A stretch of DNA of 64,000 nt, taken from Octopus sinensis. Its lineage: Eukaryota. The notes below the pieces were generated by a model that was given only the letters and a program-made list of their open reading frames with translations, had not been told where the DNA came from and ran no database searches. How positions within the stretch are numbered: position 1 is the first letter of the stretch; each line of letters begins with the position of its first letter. Both the position numbers and the translations under genes were made by a program. Below are positions 24,323-36,800 of the stretch, piece after piece. The stretch lies in the NCBI RefSeq assembly GCF_006345805.1, contig NC_043007.1, positions 49,848,001 through 49,912,000 of the forward strand, written 5' to 3'.

Positions 24323-27300
24323 TAGTTTTATTTTTATAGCGTGCTTTCACTTCACTACCGAGCGCAGCTCTGTGTGCCTTGGGTATGTGCTGTGATTTGT
24401 TGTGATGCTCTGATGGTTATTGTATGGAAAGTGTTCTGCGTAGGATGTGTGCAGTGCCTAGTAGTGCAATTTTCTGTATGTTATATGTGTAAGTCCTGGT
24501 GTTTTTGTTATGTATTTGTCTGAATATTTTTTTATCATGCCTAATGCACCTACTATGATAGGAATTGTTTCTGTTTTCAGATTCCACATTCTAGTTACCT
24601 CTATTTCCAGGTCTTTGTATTTTGAGAGTTTCTCCATTTCTTTTAGAGACACGTTGTCATCTGCCGGTATTGATACATCAATTAGAAAGCATTTTTTTCT
24701 TCATGATCTCTGACAACTATATCTGGTCTGTTGGCCTTAATTTCTCTATCTGTGTGTATCGGCATATCCCAGAGTATGGTTGCTTTCTCGTTTTCTGTGA
24801 CCTTTTCTGGTGTGCGCCTATACCATCTTTTTTCTGTTGTTATTCCATAATGTTGGCATAGCTTCCAATGTATGTAGGTTCCAACTCTGTCATGTCTGTG
24901 AATATATTCCTTCTTAGCCAGGACTGGGCAGCTAGAGATAATATGATTTATTGTTTCTTGTCCATCTCCACATATTCTGCAGTTACTTATAATATTTCTT
25001 TTCATTACATGTTTTTGGTAATTTTGGTAATTGTGCTGCAATTAAAAATCCCTCTGTTTCTGCTTTGAGTCCTGAGCTTCTCAACCATTGCTGGGATTTT
25101 TCTTTGTCTATTTCTTTTGCGTTTAGTTTAGTGCAGTATTTACCATCAAGGGGCTTTTCTTGCCATCGTTTTATCATGGTTCGTTGCTGTTCTATTTTTA
25201 GTTTGGATTTCATTTGTTTTATAGCTTTTGTTGTTTCTTCATCATCTTCTTCTTCTTCTTCGTGTTTATTAGGTGGTAGGATTTCTTGTTTGTATTTGTC
25301 AGCTTCCTTAAATACTGAGAACAGTTTTTTGTTTTGCTCGTGTTTTGCTGCTATCTGGATCAGTTTTCCTTCCTTCTGAAGTAGGTATTTTTGCAGTCCT
25401 ATGGTGGTTATTTTATAGTAGTTTTCCAGCTGTATAAGGCCTCTACCACCTTCTATACGTTGTATATATAGTCTTTCTATGTCAGATTTTGGGTGATGCA
25501 TCCTAGATCCTGTCAGTATTTTTCTTGTTTTCCTATCTATTTTGGACAGTTCATTTCGTGTCCAGTTAATGATATTGTAGCTGTAACTTATAACTGGGAC
25601 AGCTAAAGTGTTGATACCTATTATCTTGTTTTTAGCATTGAGCTCTGTTTTTAGTATTGATCTAACTCGTCTATAATATTCTTTTTTTATTTTCTCTTTC
25701 ATTTGTGTGTGTTGTGTCTTATCTAGTTCATGGATTCCTAAGTATTTGTAAGTTTGGCTTTGGTCTAATTCTTTTATTTCATTGGTTTTATCTAGTGTGA
25801 TGTTGTTACTCTTAACTAGTTTTCCTCTTTTCATGGTTACTTTGGCGCATTTTTCTAATCCAAATTTCATATCTATTTTTTGGTAAATCCATGAACTGTC
25901 TTTAATAGTGTTTCCAGCTGTTTGTCATTTGCAGCGTATAGTTTTAGGTCATCCATATATAAAAGGTGGCTGATCGTTTTGCCGTAACATTTATATCCGC
26001 ATCCAGTTCTATTTAGCATATCAGATAGAGGTGACAGTGCCAAGCAGAAAAGGAGTGGAGAGAGCGTGTCTCCCTGGAATATTCCTCTTCTAATGGGGAT
26101 GTCTTTGGTTTTCATGAGTCCCTCTTTTGTTTGGAGGTGTAGGACTGTTTGCCATTTATTCATAGAGTGCTCTATGAATTTTATGATTGTTGGTGCTACT
26201 TTGTTAATGGCTAGTGTTTCGAGGATCCATGTGTGGAGGATGCTATCAAACGCCTTTTTGTAGTCAATCCAGGCCATACTGAGGCCTTTCTTCTTTCTGT
26301 GGCTGTCTTCAGTTACGGCTTTATTAATCATTAGTTGATCTTTACAGGCATATGAGCCTTTGCGGCATCCTTTCTGCTCTTCTGGGAACAGTTTGTTTTC
26401 GTCCAGGTGCTTGTTCAGCCTTTGCGATATCACTGCAGTAAATGCCTTGAACATAGTAGGGAGGCAGGTTATTGGTCTGTAGTTTTCTGGTTTTGCTGTT
26501 TCATTTGATTTGGGAATTAAGATGGTTTTCCCCTTCGTGAGCCATTCAGGCATTGTCTCTGGCTCTGCTAGTATACTGTTAAAGTTTTCAGCCAGCTTTT
26601 TGTGCATTCCTGTTAGATATTTCAACCAGAAGTTGGGGATCTTGTCATGCCCAGGTGCCTTCCAGTTGCTTAGTTTTTGCAGTGCCTGGGTGACCTCTTC
26701 AGTTGTTATGGGGGTCCAAAGTTGTTCAGATGCCGAGTTTGTTATTTTGATATTCCTTTTTTTTGGCTGTTCGTTCGCCGACCATATTTCTCTCCAGAAT
26801 TCTTCCAATTCTTCTGCCGTTGGTGCTGCAGTGACTTCTATTTTTTTTTCCCAGTTCTTGGTAGAACTTTTTGGGGTTGGAGTTGAACTTTTTGTTCTGT
26901 TCAAAGAAGCGTTGGCGTTTCTCGTACCGGCGGATCCTTTGAGCTTTGGCAAGGATATCTTGCTTTAGCTTTTCTTTTATCTCCGGCAAATCTTTTTCTG
27001 TGATGTTATATTTGCGGAGCATTTTTGTTCTCTTTTTGTTGCTCAGTAGCGTTGATTGTTTGCTGATTTCATTAAGAATCGACAGGTCTTTTCTAATTTT
27101 TTAAATTTTGTTTTGGATGTTATTTATCCACAGGGTTTGTTTGGGTGGTGGTACTCCTGTTTGGGCGGGTTTGGGTGAGTATCCAGCTTCTTTTGTGGCT
27201 GCAGTGGCTGCTGCGTATATCAAGTCATTTAGTTCAGTGATATCACTTTTTTTTTGTTTCAGTGGCTAGTTCAGTGACGGCTAGGTTTATGCTGTTTATA

Positions 27301-28048
27301 ATTGGTGTTGTTATTTCGTTTATTTTTATTCTTGGGAGGTATGGTCGGTGGTCCATTTTGGGCTCTGTGGTTTTCAGTTCTTTGATTATTTTATTTTTTA
27401 TATTATCATAATTATTAGGCTCCCCATCGTTGTTTACATCGTGTTTGTTGGGAATGTTGCGTTTGTCTTCGTGTTTTACAGTTTCAGTGTTTATATTATT
27501 GGGCATTGTTGTGTGGCTTCTATCTACATTTTCCTGGTGTATTTTTTCTTTTAAATGTTCTATTTCTATTTCTGATATTTTTTTGGCTTTGAGAATGTAT
27601 CTTCGTACGTTAGCTAATTTATTAGGGTTCATTGCTGTATCCAAGTCTATATCTCTATTATTTTCCTTCCATATTTTATATGTATGTGTTGTTGTATTTT
27701 CATTTTTTGGGTAGAGCATTGCTGTGAAGTATGCGTGTAAGATAGAAATGTATTCCTCACGTGTCCATTTACGTCTTTTGGGTTTTATTTGCGGGACATG
27801 AGGTACAACGTCCGGCCCATTATTTTGACGGTCGTCATTTTCGTAGGGTACCGGTCCGTTTATTTCTGTTGTCACATTATTTCGCACGTGTAGTTTTTCG
27901 TACATTTTTTGTTGTAAGTTTAATGTACGTACCGCTCGATTGTTATTCTTGGGTTGAATAGTATCGGTGGCATTTAATTTCTTCGTAGTTCCTTTGTACA
28001 TGGTGTTTGAGGTCGGGGATGATCGTGATGTTCCACGCATGTTTACAT
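24321..28048 (-). mobile_element. R4/Dong-clade non-LTR retrotransposon (RT + CCHC + restriction-like endonuclease), near full length, disabled
   Basis: ORF pieces 27243-28040 (KRRKWTREE, Myb-like N-terminus), 26726-27022, 25873-26952 (WKAPGHD, NYRPITCL, DYKKAFD, GIFQGDTLSPLLF, LLYMDDLK), 24983-25870, 24682-25041 (CRICG..ETINHIISSC, RPDIVV), 24458-24652 (EKLSKYKDL..IPIIVGALG). Joined by frameshifts, one TAA stop near 27100 and a small deletion. Short 3'UTR with AATAAA; (TAA)n on both flanks. Confidence 0.92.
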
Positions 28049-28058
28049 ATTATTATTA

Positions 28059-28116
<58 letters not shown>

Positions 28117-28194
28117 TCATTGCTTGGAATCGAACTCGCGCCCTTAACCACTACGCCGTATGCCCGTGGGCAATTATGGAGTGAATTTTAGGGC

Positions 28195-28632
28195 TTATAA
28201 ATTTAATATTTTACTATCCTTCCTTAATATAGGTTCCCATATGCTGCTCATATCTGCACTCAGTCTGCTTAGGTGGTTGTTGTGTCCTAACATATGTGCT
28301 GCTTCTTTTAGTTTTCGTATTTTCCAGTGGTATCCTCTATCTATTATTTTAACTTCATCCAACAGGGAGAGATGGTCTCCATTTTTTCATACATGACCAG
28401 CTATACCCGAATTATCAATATCTCTCCGTGTCACAGCTTTGTGATGTTCGTCTACCCTTATTTTGAGTGGGTGGCATGTTTCGCCTTTGTATAACCTACC
28501 ACAACTGCATGGGATGGAGTACACGCAGTCTTTGCTCATATTATCTTCTGTTTGTGGTTTTTACTCGGAGATATTTGTGAAGTGTTTTATTACTCTTGCA
28601 TACTGTCCTGATGTCATATGGGCTGCATATCT
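28195..28632 (-). mobile_element. Penelope-like element, GIY-YIG endonuclease C-terminal fragment
   Basis: Manual translation: YDIRTVCKSNKTLHKYLRVK / PQTEDNMSKDCVYSIPCSCGRLYKGETCHPLKIRVDEHHKAV...GHV*KNGDHLSLLDEVKIIDRGYHWKIRKLKEAAHM...WEPILRKD; one frameshift and one stop. Confidence 0.85.
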
Positions 28633-29765
28633 AATAATAATAATATAATGTAAATAATGTAAATAATGTAATTAATGTAATAATTCTTCATCTCTTAAAT
28701 ACAGAGCTTAACGATATTCTTTGTATATAAACTAGGTTACAAATGCTATTTGAGGGCTCACACTACAGATGGTCATACAGCATAGGTCACAGTGATATTG
28801 GATTTGCTGTGGTTGCTTTTACTTTTTTAATAAGGAATTCGAAACTGAATATTTGAGAATAATTTGAAATGAAAAGATTGCGTTACTATAATTATCTTCT
28901 TAACTTCTTCAAGCATAGAATATTATATTCAATTTACATTAAGTGTAGACATATTCATGCATACTATTACATATCGTAGCTATACTTCCAAATAAACGCG
29001 TAAGGAAGCTGATTTTGCATGGATATATGCATGAAAAACAAGGACAAGTAAGTGTATAAGCAATATATAAATATACGCATATCCACATATGGATATACAC
29101 AGCTCTATCTATAGAAAGGTCCTTTGTGAAACCGTAAAAACCTTTTGGAACCTACATTGTATACAAAGAATATCATGACCTGTATATATGCTTATCCAAA
29201 TACACCAAAATGAATATATAGTATAAGGATGTATACATACATATATGCATACGTATACGGATATATAAATGTGTGTGTGGGGGTGTACATATGTATTTAC
29301 GATTTTATGTATATATAAATATATATTCATATGCTACCATAGCAGATGCATACTCATCTGCAACAAGCCAATGCATCCTCATAAATAACCTTATAACCCA
29401 TTATACATACACATGTACATATACATAGATGCATAAATATATACATACAAAGATACATACATCGATACATAGATACACACACACATGCACACACATATAC
29501 TTTCTTTTTATTCTTTTATTATTTTATTTGCTTCATTCAACTGCAGCTATAATGGAGCACCGCATTTAGTCGAACAAATCGACACCAGGACTTATCCTTT
29601 CTAAGCCTAGTACTTATTCTATCGTTCTCTTTTGCCGAACATACGGGGACATAAATACATAAACATCGCTTGCCAAGCGATGGTGGGAGTACAAGAATAG
29701 AAATGCAAACACATATACATAATTATAGACACACACACACACTCACACTCACATGTATATATATA

Positions 29766-29796
<31 letters not shown>

Positions 29797-29798
<2 letters not shown>

Positions 29799-30732
29799 CT
29801 GAAGATTGAAGGCTTCGAATGTTCCGTCCGTGCTTTTTGTATCATCTTCTAAATGTTTTACGTTCTTGTCCCAGTTTTTATTTTTCTACATATAATATAT
29901 ATAGCGACGTCCGTACCCTCGTTGGCCTTATGTAAATACATATTCCTGTAAATTTGGTACGACTCTACACACTGTCTCTCTCTCCTACATTTCTCTGCCT
30001 TTCACACTTTGCACTGTACTTTGATCTGTCCCCTTCTCTCTCTCTACTTCTCCTCCTTTTCTCTTTTCTTGCCTCTGATTCTTTGGTCTACTCTTCTCCC
30101 CACTCTCTCACAATTCTCTGTCTTTCTCACTTTGCACTCACTAGCCCTCCTTGGCACGCACTCTTTCTTCTCCCCTCCTCAATTCCTTCTTTCTCTCTCT
30201 TCTCCCCCCTTTGTTGCCTTCGTCCCTCTTTCTCTCTCTCTTTGTTTCCTTTGCCCCCTTTCTTTTCTCTCTCTTCTCTCACGTGACCGCTGGTCAAAAT
30301 CAGCCTTTTGGCCTCCGACCACTGCCGTGAGAACATCTGTTGTCTTCGTCTGCCGATAAAGGCATTTTTTCCAAATACGCCAGCTAAACTTGTTGTACTG
30401 TTTATTAGTCGTAAGACTCCCGCTGTTTTTGTCCTGTTTTTACCATTATTGTTTTTGTATTTTATATTCGTGTGGTATCGTCCGTTTTTCTGTCCCTGTT
30501 TCGTATACATTCGATCCTTCTTCCAAGAAATCTAATGCTCGTAGCTTAGTTTTTCCTTGGGGCTGGCCGGATCGGAGCGATCTCAAAGATTAATCAGCCG
30601 AAATTGCTAGGATGATCCGGTTCTTGTCTGAAGATTAAAGGCTTCGAATGTCCCGTCTGTGTTTTTGTATCGTCTTCTAAATGTTTTACGTTCTTGTCCC
30701 AGTTTGTATTCTTCTACATATAATATATATAT
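29797..30732 (+). mobile_element. Non-coding element with 107-bp terminal direct repeats (partial tandem), in (TA)n
   Basis: 29797-29903 closely matches 30626-30732; no credible ORF. Confidence 0.7.
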
Positions 30733-30752
30733 ATATAAATATAGACATATAC

Positions 30753-30802
<50 letters not shown>

Positions 30803-30809
<7 letters not shown>

Positions 30810-31550
30810 AATAAATGTTTTTATATATAATGAACGTGAAATACAGGAAGGGACGAACACGGAACACAGACAAATCATTCGAAGCCTTCAATCTTCAGTC
30901 AGACACCGAATCATCATAGCAAATTTCGGCTGTTCAATTCTGATATTTGCTCCAACTCGGCCAGCCCCAAGAAAAAAACTAAGCTGTAAGCATTAGATTT
31001 CTTGGTAGAAGACAGGAATGTGAACGCATAAGACGGATGTAAATACAAGAGACGAAAACGAAATTGAAAACAGTAATGAATAAACAAAATATATATAACG
31101 GTGGTTGTCATACGACTTTAGACCAAATGAGACAAAAATAACAACAACATAGCAGCTGGCGTAGAAATAATTACCGTTTCGGTAGCGGGGACACATGTTG
31201 GTCGAGATACGATGGCCAACAGAATGGTTAAGAAGCAGCAGGTTGCAGGAGAGAGAGAGAAAGAGAGACAGAGAGAGAGGGAATCAAAGAGGGTGGAAGG
31301 CAGGGGACAGAATCAGTGACCAAGAGAAAAGGAGAAAGAAGGGATTAAGCAGGATGGGAGGAAGAGGGGAGGAGGATGGGAGGAAGAGGGGGGAAGAATC
31401 GGAGGGCGCCAAAATAGTTTGGTGAAGAAGCAATGGCGGGTAGGAAAGACAGTGTGTATAGAAGTCGTGCAGGGTTTAAAATTGGACAAACAAACGGGGG
31501 GGGGTGCACGTAACGCCGCAATAATATAAGAATAAATGTTTTTATATATA
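30803..31550 (-). mobile_element. Related non-coding element in opposite orientation with 27-bp direct repeats
   Basis: 30860-31050 aligns with the reverse complement of about 30490-30665; ATATAAGAATAAATGTTTTTATATATA at 30803-30829 and 31524-31550. Confidence 0.65.
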
Positions 31551-31584
31551 TATATACATATACATATATATATAGATATGTATG

Positions 31585-31625
<41 letters not shown>

Positions 31626-31859
31626 ATATACACACATATATATATATATACACATATACATATATATATACATACATACATATATGCATACATACATACA
31701 CACACACATACTCATAGACGTAATTCGCACGCACATGCGCGTATATATGTGTGTATACATATATCCACATATATAAAAATACTCATATGTACATACAAAA
31801 ACATATAATAGATATGTAAACATATCCACTCATGGTGTTCTATTTATATCCACGTGGCC

Positions 31860-31932
<73 letters not shown>

Positions 31933-32090
31933 GAAATGAGGTACTCAGAAATTCGGATGGCTTTATATTTACAGATATTTATTTGTATATTACATGTTTT
32001 TACACATCATATAACTTAGATCATATATCATATATTAGCGCTTTCACCCATTCTAGTGGGGTTTTCAAATCGAACTAAGTTTCTGGGAAA

Positions 32091-32640
32091 AAGTTTTGAC
32101 CATTTTATTGTGTTATTGAGTCTGTTGTGGTGGGGAGGGATATAAGATAGTACAACAGGGTGATGAATGGGGAAAAAGTGAGAGAGAGAGAGAGCATGTA
32201 TGTGTGTGCGTGTGTGTTTTTGTATTTGGAAGAAGTGCTAAAGAAAAGGAGGGGAAGGGAGAAAAGAGAGAGAGGGAAGAAGAAAAAATTGTTTTGCTGG
32301 TTCCTTTTGTAGTTGGTCAGGATGTTTACTCCAAGGGAGGGGGTCTAAGATCTTGGGGAAAAGAATTTAAGTTTTGACCATTTTATAGTGTTATTGAGTG
32401 TGTAGTGGCGGGGAGGGATATAAGATAGTACAATAGGATGATGAATGTGGAGAAAGTGAGAGAGAGCATGTGTCTGTGTGCGTGTGTGTGTGTTTATTTT
32501 GTATCTGGAGGGATTCTTAGAAAAGAAGAAGGAAAGGAAGCAAGGGGAGGAAAAGTAGACCATAAATTATATTTCCTTTTTATCATTGTCTTGTGAGAGA
32601 GTGTGTGTGTGTGTATGTGTGTTTAAGGAGGAATGATCAA
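32091..32640 (+). repeat. Diverged tandem duplication, period about 278 bp
   Basis: AAGTTTTGACCATTTTAT..GTGTTATTGAGT..GGGGAGGGATATAAGATAGTACAA at 32091 and 32369. Confidence 0.8.
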
Positions 32641-32852
32641 GGTGTTAAGAGTACTTTATTTTTTATTTTTTGGCAACTGTAAATGTTTTTGGGTTTTTAG
32701 AAATTGGCCATTTCAAAGATGAATTGTCTGGAATTCTTTTTATTGTTGTTTTGTGAAGGTGTGTGTGTGTGTGGGTGTGGAAGGGGTGTCGTTTGAGAAG
32801 AGAAGAAGAAGAAAAAGAGGAAGAAGAAATAATTGCGTTGATATTTATACCG

Positions 32853-32908
<56 letters not shown>

Positions 32909-32945
32909 TAAATGCTACACTATGTTTGTTAAATTATAAATTGAA

Positions 32946-35900
32946 AGATTTGTCCTTCAATGTATGATGAGTAAAATTTCATAAGGCCCATACTTGAAAA
33001 AGAGACTTCCTTGTGCTGAAGTTACAGATGACAGAATACGAACTGAGAGCCACTGAGTCTGTTGTCTGATCTTCAATTGATTTAGTCTAATATCTCACTG
33101 ATTGACAGCTAAATAAATATTAAGTTTTATCATACAGGAGTAAAATGGTTTCATTCAAATATTAGAATATCCCTTGTTCAATGTTGTATTTTCAAAAACC
33201 AAAACATATGTGTAGAACTGTGTGTGTGTGTGTATGTGTGTGTGTGTGTTTAATACAGTTTACTTAACAAATTTGATCCACAGATCAAAACAGATCCACA
33301 CACAGAGGATACCAAAATACAGAAAACATTGAAAAGAATGGAACAGAATCAGACCCAAAACAGGCTTATACCAAACACACAGAAGTCCTAACACAAATCT
33401 GCAAAATATGCAATATCGAAATAAATAAGACAGTATCACATCTTCAACAGGGGAATACCAGAAGCATGGAAGATCTATTCACAGAAACCTGTAGTAAGTT
33501 GAATTTACTTCTTTCAAAAATTGATACAATCTTTGCAAACATTGTTTTAACAATAAATACGATCCAAACACAAAATATTCTCTCTAAATATAATCAAGCA
33601 AACACAACTGACAACACAAATCTTTTGGCGGGATCACCCCAATCACAAAGGAAGACAAATGACAAAAACAAAAACTGACACAAACCAAGAAAAACCTTCA
33701 AAACCCCAAGACTGGAACAAACTTCTAAACCAACGTAAACATGCTTATTGGAAAAGCATACGCTGCAAGACCATAGCCAATATATACCAAAACTAGCGGG
33801 ACATGAAGAACCCAATACTCCCTAGAAAATTCCTTACCAAAGAAATAAGGGGTGAAACACTAGAAGAAACAACAATACGTGCAAACCTAGCCCTTTGCCG
33901 ACTAGAAACGGAAATTTCCCTTCAATAAACACGAAGTTTACACCAGGAAGATGATATTAAAACAATTGATACCGACATAATGGCGGAAATATGCAATATC
34001 GAAAGGCCTCAAATTTACACCGACACCCACGCCAAATCTCATAGAACTAAAACCTGATATAGACAACTTCAGCCGCTACCTCCGCCTTATGGAATTTTTT
34101 GATAATAAAGAAACAGAAGATAACTCAATCATAAGAAAAAAAATCCCATTTCACCCCTTACAAGGGAAGTGACAAACACCTAGACGCATACATAGAGACA
34201 ATATCCAAATTCCCTCTCAACACACACAAATGCAAACAGAACCTCCGCAGAGGAGAAAAACAAGCCATAGAAAAACTAAAAATTGACAAGTCGATCATTA
34301 TAAAAGAAGCTGACAAAGGTGGAGCAATAGTAATTATGGATACAGATTACTACAAAGAAAAGATACTGGAGTTGCTGAACAACCAGACATACAATAAAGA
34401 GGAACCAACACCACCGGAGAAAACAATAAAAAAAATTAGAACATTAGTCAATGAATACCAGGACTCCTTTACAGATAAGGAGAAAGACTATCGATGCAAC
34501 TCAAGAATCAAAGATAGCAACTTTTATGGATTACCTAAAATTCATAAAAGCTCTGAAACACAGAGAGCCATAAAAGAACAGAGGAACCACTATATAAGAA
34601 TACAAAGGCCTGCAAACTTCACAATGAGACCAAGAGTAGTAGAACCCCAGGTACCAACACAACAACTAAGCCACTTCATAGATGTACTCCTCAAATCTTT
34701 ATGCCCACTGATACCAAGCTACATAAGGGATGATATAGACTTCCTCACACACATTCCAAATACAGTTCCGAAAAACACCATACTTGCAAGCTTCGATGTC
34801 ACAAACCTATACACGAGCATACCACACACCCTAGGTCTAGAAGCAATAAAACAATCGGTAGAAAAATACAGGGAACTCATAGACGAACGTTTCAAGACAG
34901 TTTTTATCACCCAAGCCACCCAATTAATACTCGAAGAAAATACATTCTCATTCAACAACAAGACATACCGACAGATAAATGGCACGGCTATGGGTATAAA
35001 ATTCGCACCTTCATATGCCAACCTGGTGATGGGTTTCCTTGAGAACAAACTATACGATGAAATAGGGAAAGTCTTCGAACATGAATTCAGAGAAGACATC
35101 AAGAAAAGTGGAAACGCTACCTCGATGACTGCTTCATCTTTTGGAACAGATGGAGGAGGACCTACGAACATTCCACAACATCCTCAACACGCTGCACCCA
35201 TCTATCAACTTCACAATAGATACCAGCCACAACGAACTTCCCTTCCTAGACATCAACATCAAGATACACAACTCCATCATCACAACAGACATCCACTACA
35301 AAAAAAACCGACACACACTAATATTTAAATTTCTACTCCTGCCACCCAGCCCACATAAAAAGAAACATCCCATATAGTATGGCAAGACGCATATGCAGCA
35401 TAGTAACTGACTCACAAACACGCCTAATAAGACTAGATGAACTTAAAGACCTCCTACTAGTTCAAAAATACCCCCTTAAACTGATAAAAAATGGAATCTC
35501 AAGAGCAATGAAACTAGACATCACACAACTCAAGACACCCAAACAAAGAAAACATTATCCATTTCATAAACACACACAACCCTGGAGTTACCAACATGTT
35601 CCAAATCATACATCCAAACCTACCATTAACCTTACAAAGCCTCAAAATGGAAAACATACTAAACAAATATCGCATAAAAAACAGTAGACGGCAAGACAAA
35701 AACCTAAAGAAACATCTAACAAGAGCGAAATTCTCATCAGAAACTAAAACTGAATTCTTTGTAAAAGAGTGCGGAAATGGTAGATGTGGGATCTGCAGTA
35801 ACCCCACCTACAAATACATTGAGGGAGACAAAGGAATGAAATTTGAAAGTGGTCACATATTCAAAATAAATGCAGATATGAACTGCAAGACGCAGAACGT

Positions 35901-36200
35901 AATATACTACATAACCTGCCCCATGTGCAAGGAGGATTACGTAGGTGAAACTGGTAATTATTTGTGCCAACGAGCCAGGATTCACCGACATGTCCGACAG
36001 GAGGAAACACCTAGATACATGTGGAGAAGGAAAATTTAAGATCTTTCCCTTCTACAAATGTCCAAAGAATGACACCTCTTTCAGGAGAAATATGGAAGAA
36101 TATTTCATAACTAAGTTCTCCCCCAAATTGAATGGCTGAAAATATCTCTATAATAAGCTGCACCAGATGAAGACCAAATTTGTTAAGTAAACTGTATTAA

Positions 36201-36232
<32 letters not shown>

Positions 36233-36534
36233 CACAGAGTTCTAGACATATGTTTTGGTTTTTGAAAATACAACATTGAACAAAGGATATTCTAATATTT
36301 GAATGAAACCATTTTACTTTCATTTGTGGAACCAGTTGCTTCTGTATGATAAAAACTTAATATTTATTTAGCTGTCAATCAGTGAGATATTAGACTAAAT
36401 CAATTGAAGATCAGACAACAGACTCAGTGGTTGTCAGTTTGTATTCTGTCATCTGTAACATCAACACAAGAAAGTCTCTTTTTCAAGTATGGACCTTATG
36501 AAATTTTGCTCATCATACATTGAAGGACAAATCT
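32946..36534 (+). mobile_element. Penelope-like retroelement (RT + GIY-YIG) with inverted terminal repeats, disabled
   Basis: KEADKGGAIVIMD, FYGLPKIHK, SFDVTNLYTSIP, YRQINGTAMG.KFAPSYANL (34336-35328), ARRICS (35379), CKTQNVIYYITCPMCKEDYVGETG (35596-36039); frameshifts; 32946-33278 is the reverse complement of 36172-36534. Confidence 0.92.
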
Positions 36535-36544
36535 GAACAAATGG

Positions 36545-36800
36545 ACCCCAAGACTAACTATTTTTTCAAGCCTAGTGCTTATTTCATAGTTATCTTTTGC
36601 CGTATCGCTATGTTACGGGTACGTAAACACGCCAACACCGGTTACAACTGTCTTCTTTCAGTTGCCGTGTACCACATTCACTCGTACGAATTTGGTCAGC
36701 CAGAGGCTAGAGTAGAAGACACTTGCCTAAAGTCCATGCAGAGGGACTGAACCCGGAACCATGTGGTAAGGAAGCAAGCTTCTTACCACACAGCCACCCC
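36545..36800 (-). mobile_element. Internally deleted copy of the dominant SINE
   Basis: Head at about 36750-36795 and body/tail remnants; other partial copies at about 174-264, 5008-5165, 29505-29700, 38985-39075, 46255-46485, 46600-46720, 49585-49740, 52090-52215. Confidence 0.7.

Noticed and set aside
25873-27260. Idea that the Dong element is intact and its frameshifts are homopolymer sequencing errors
   Set aside because: It also has a substitution stop near 27100 and a multi-base deletion near 25035, which homopolymer error does not explain.
36160-36200. CAGATGA-A-GACC..GTAAAC as a hammerhead in the large Penelope element
   Set aside because: Core and stem II are too damaged in both arms to support the call.
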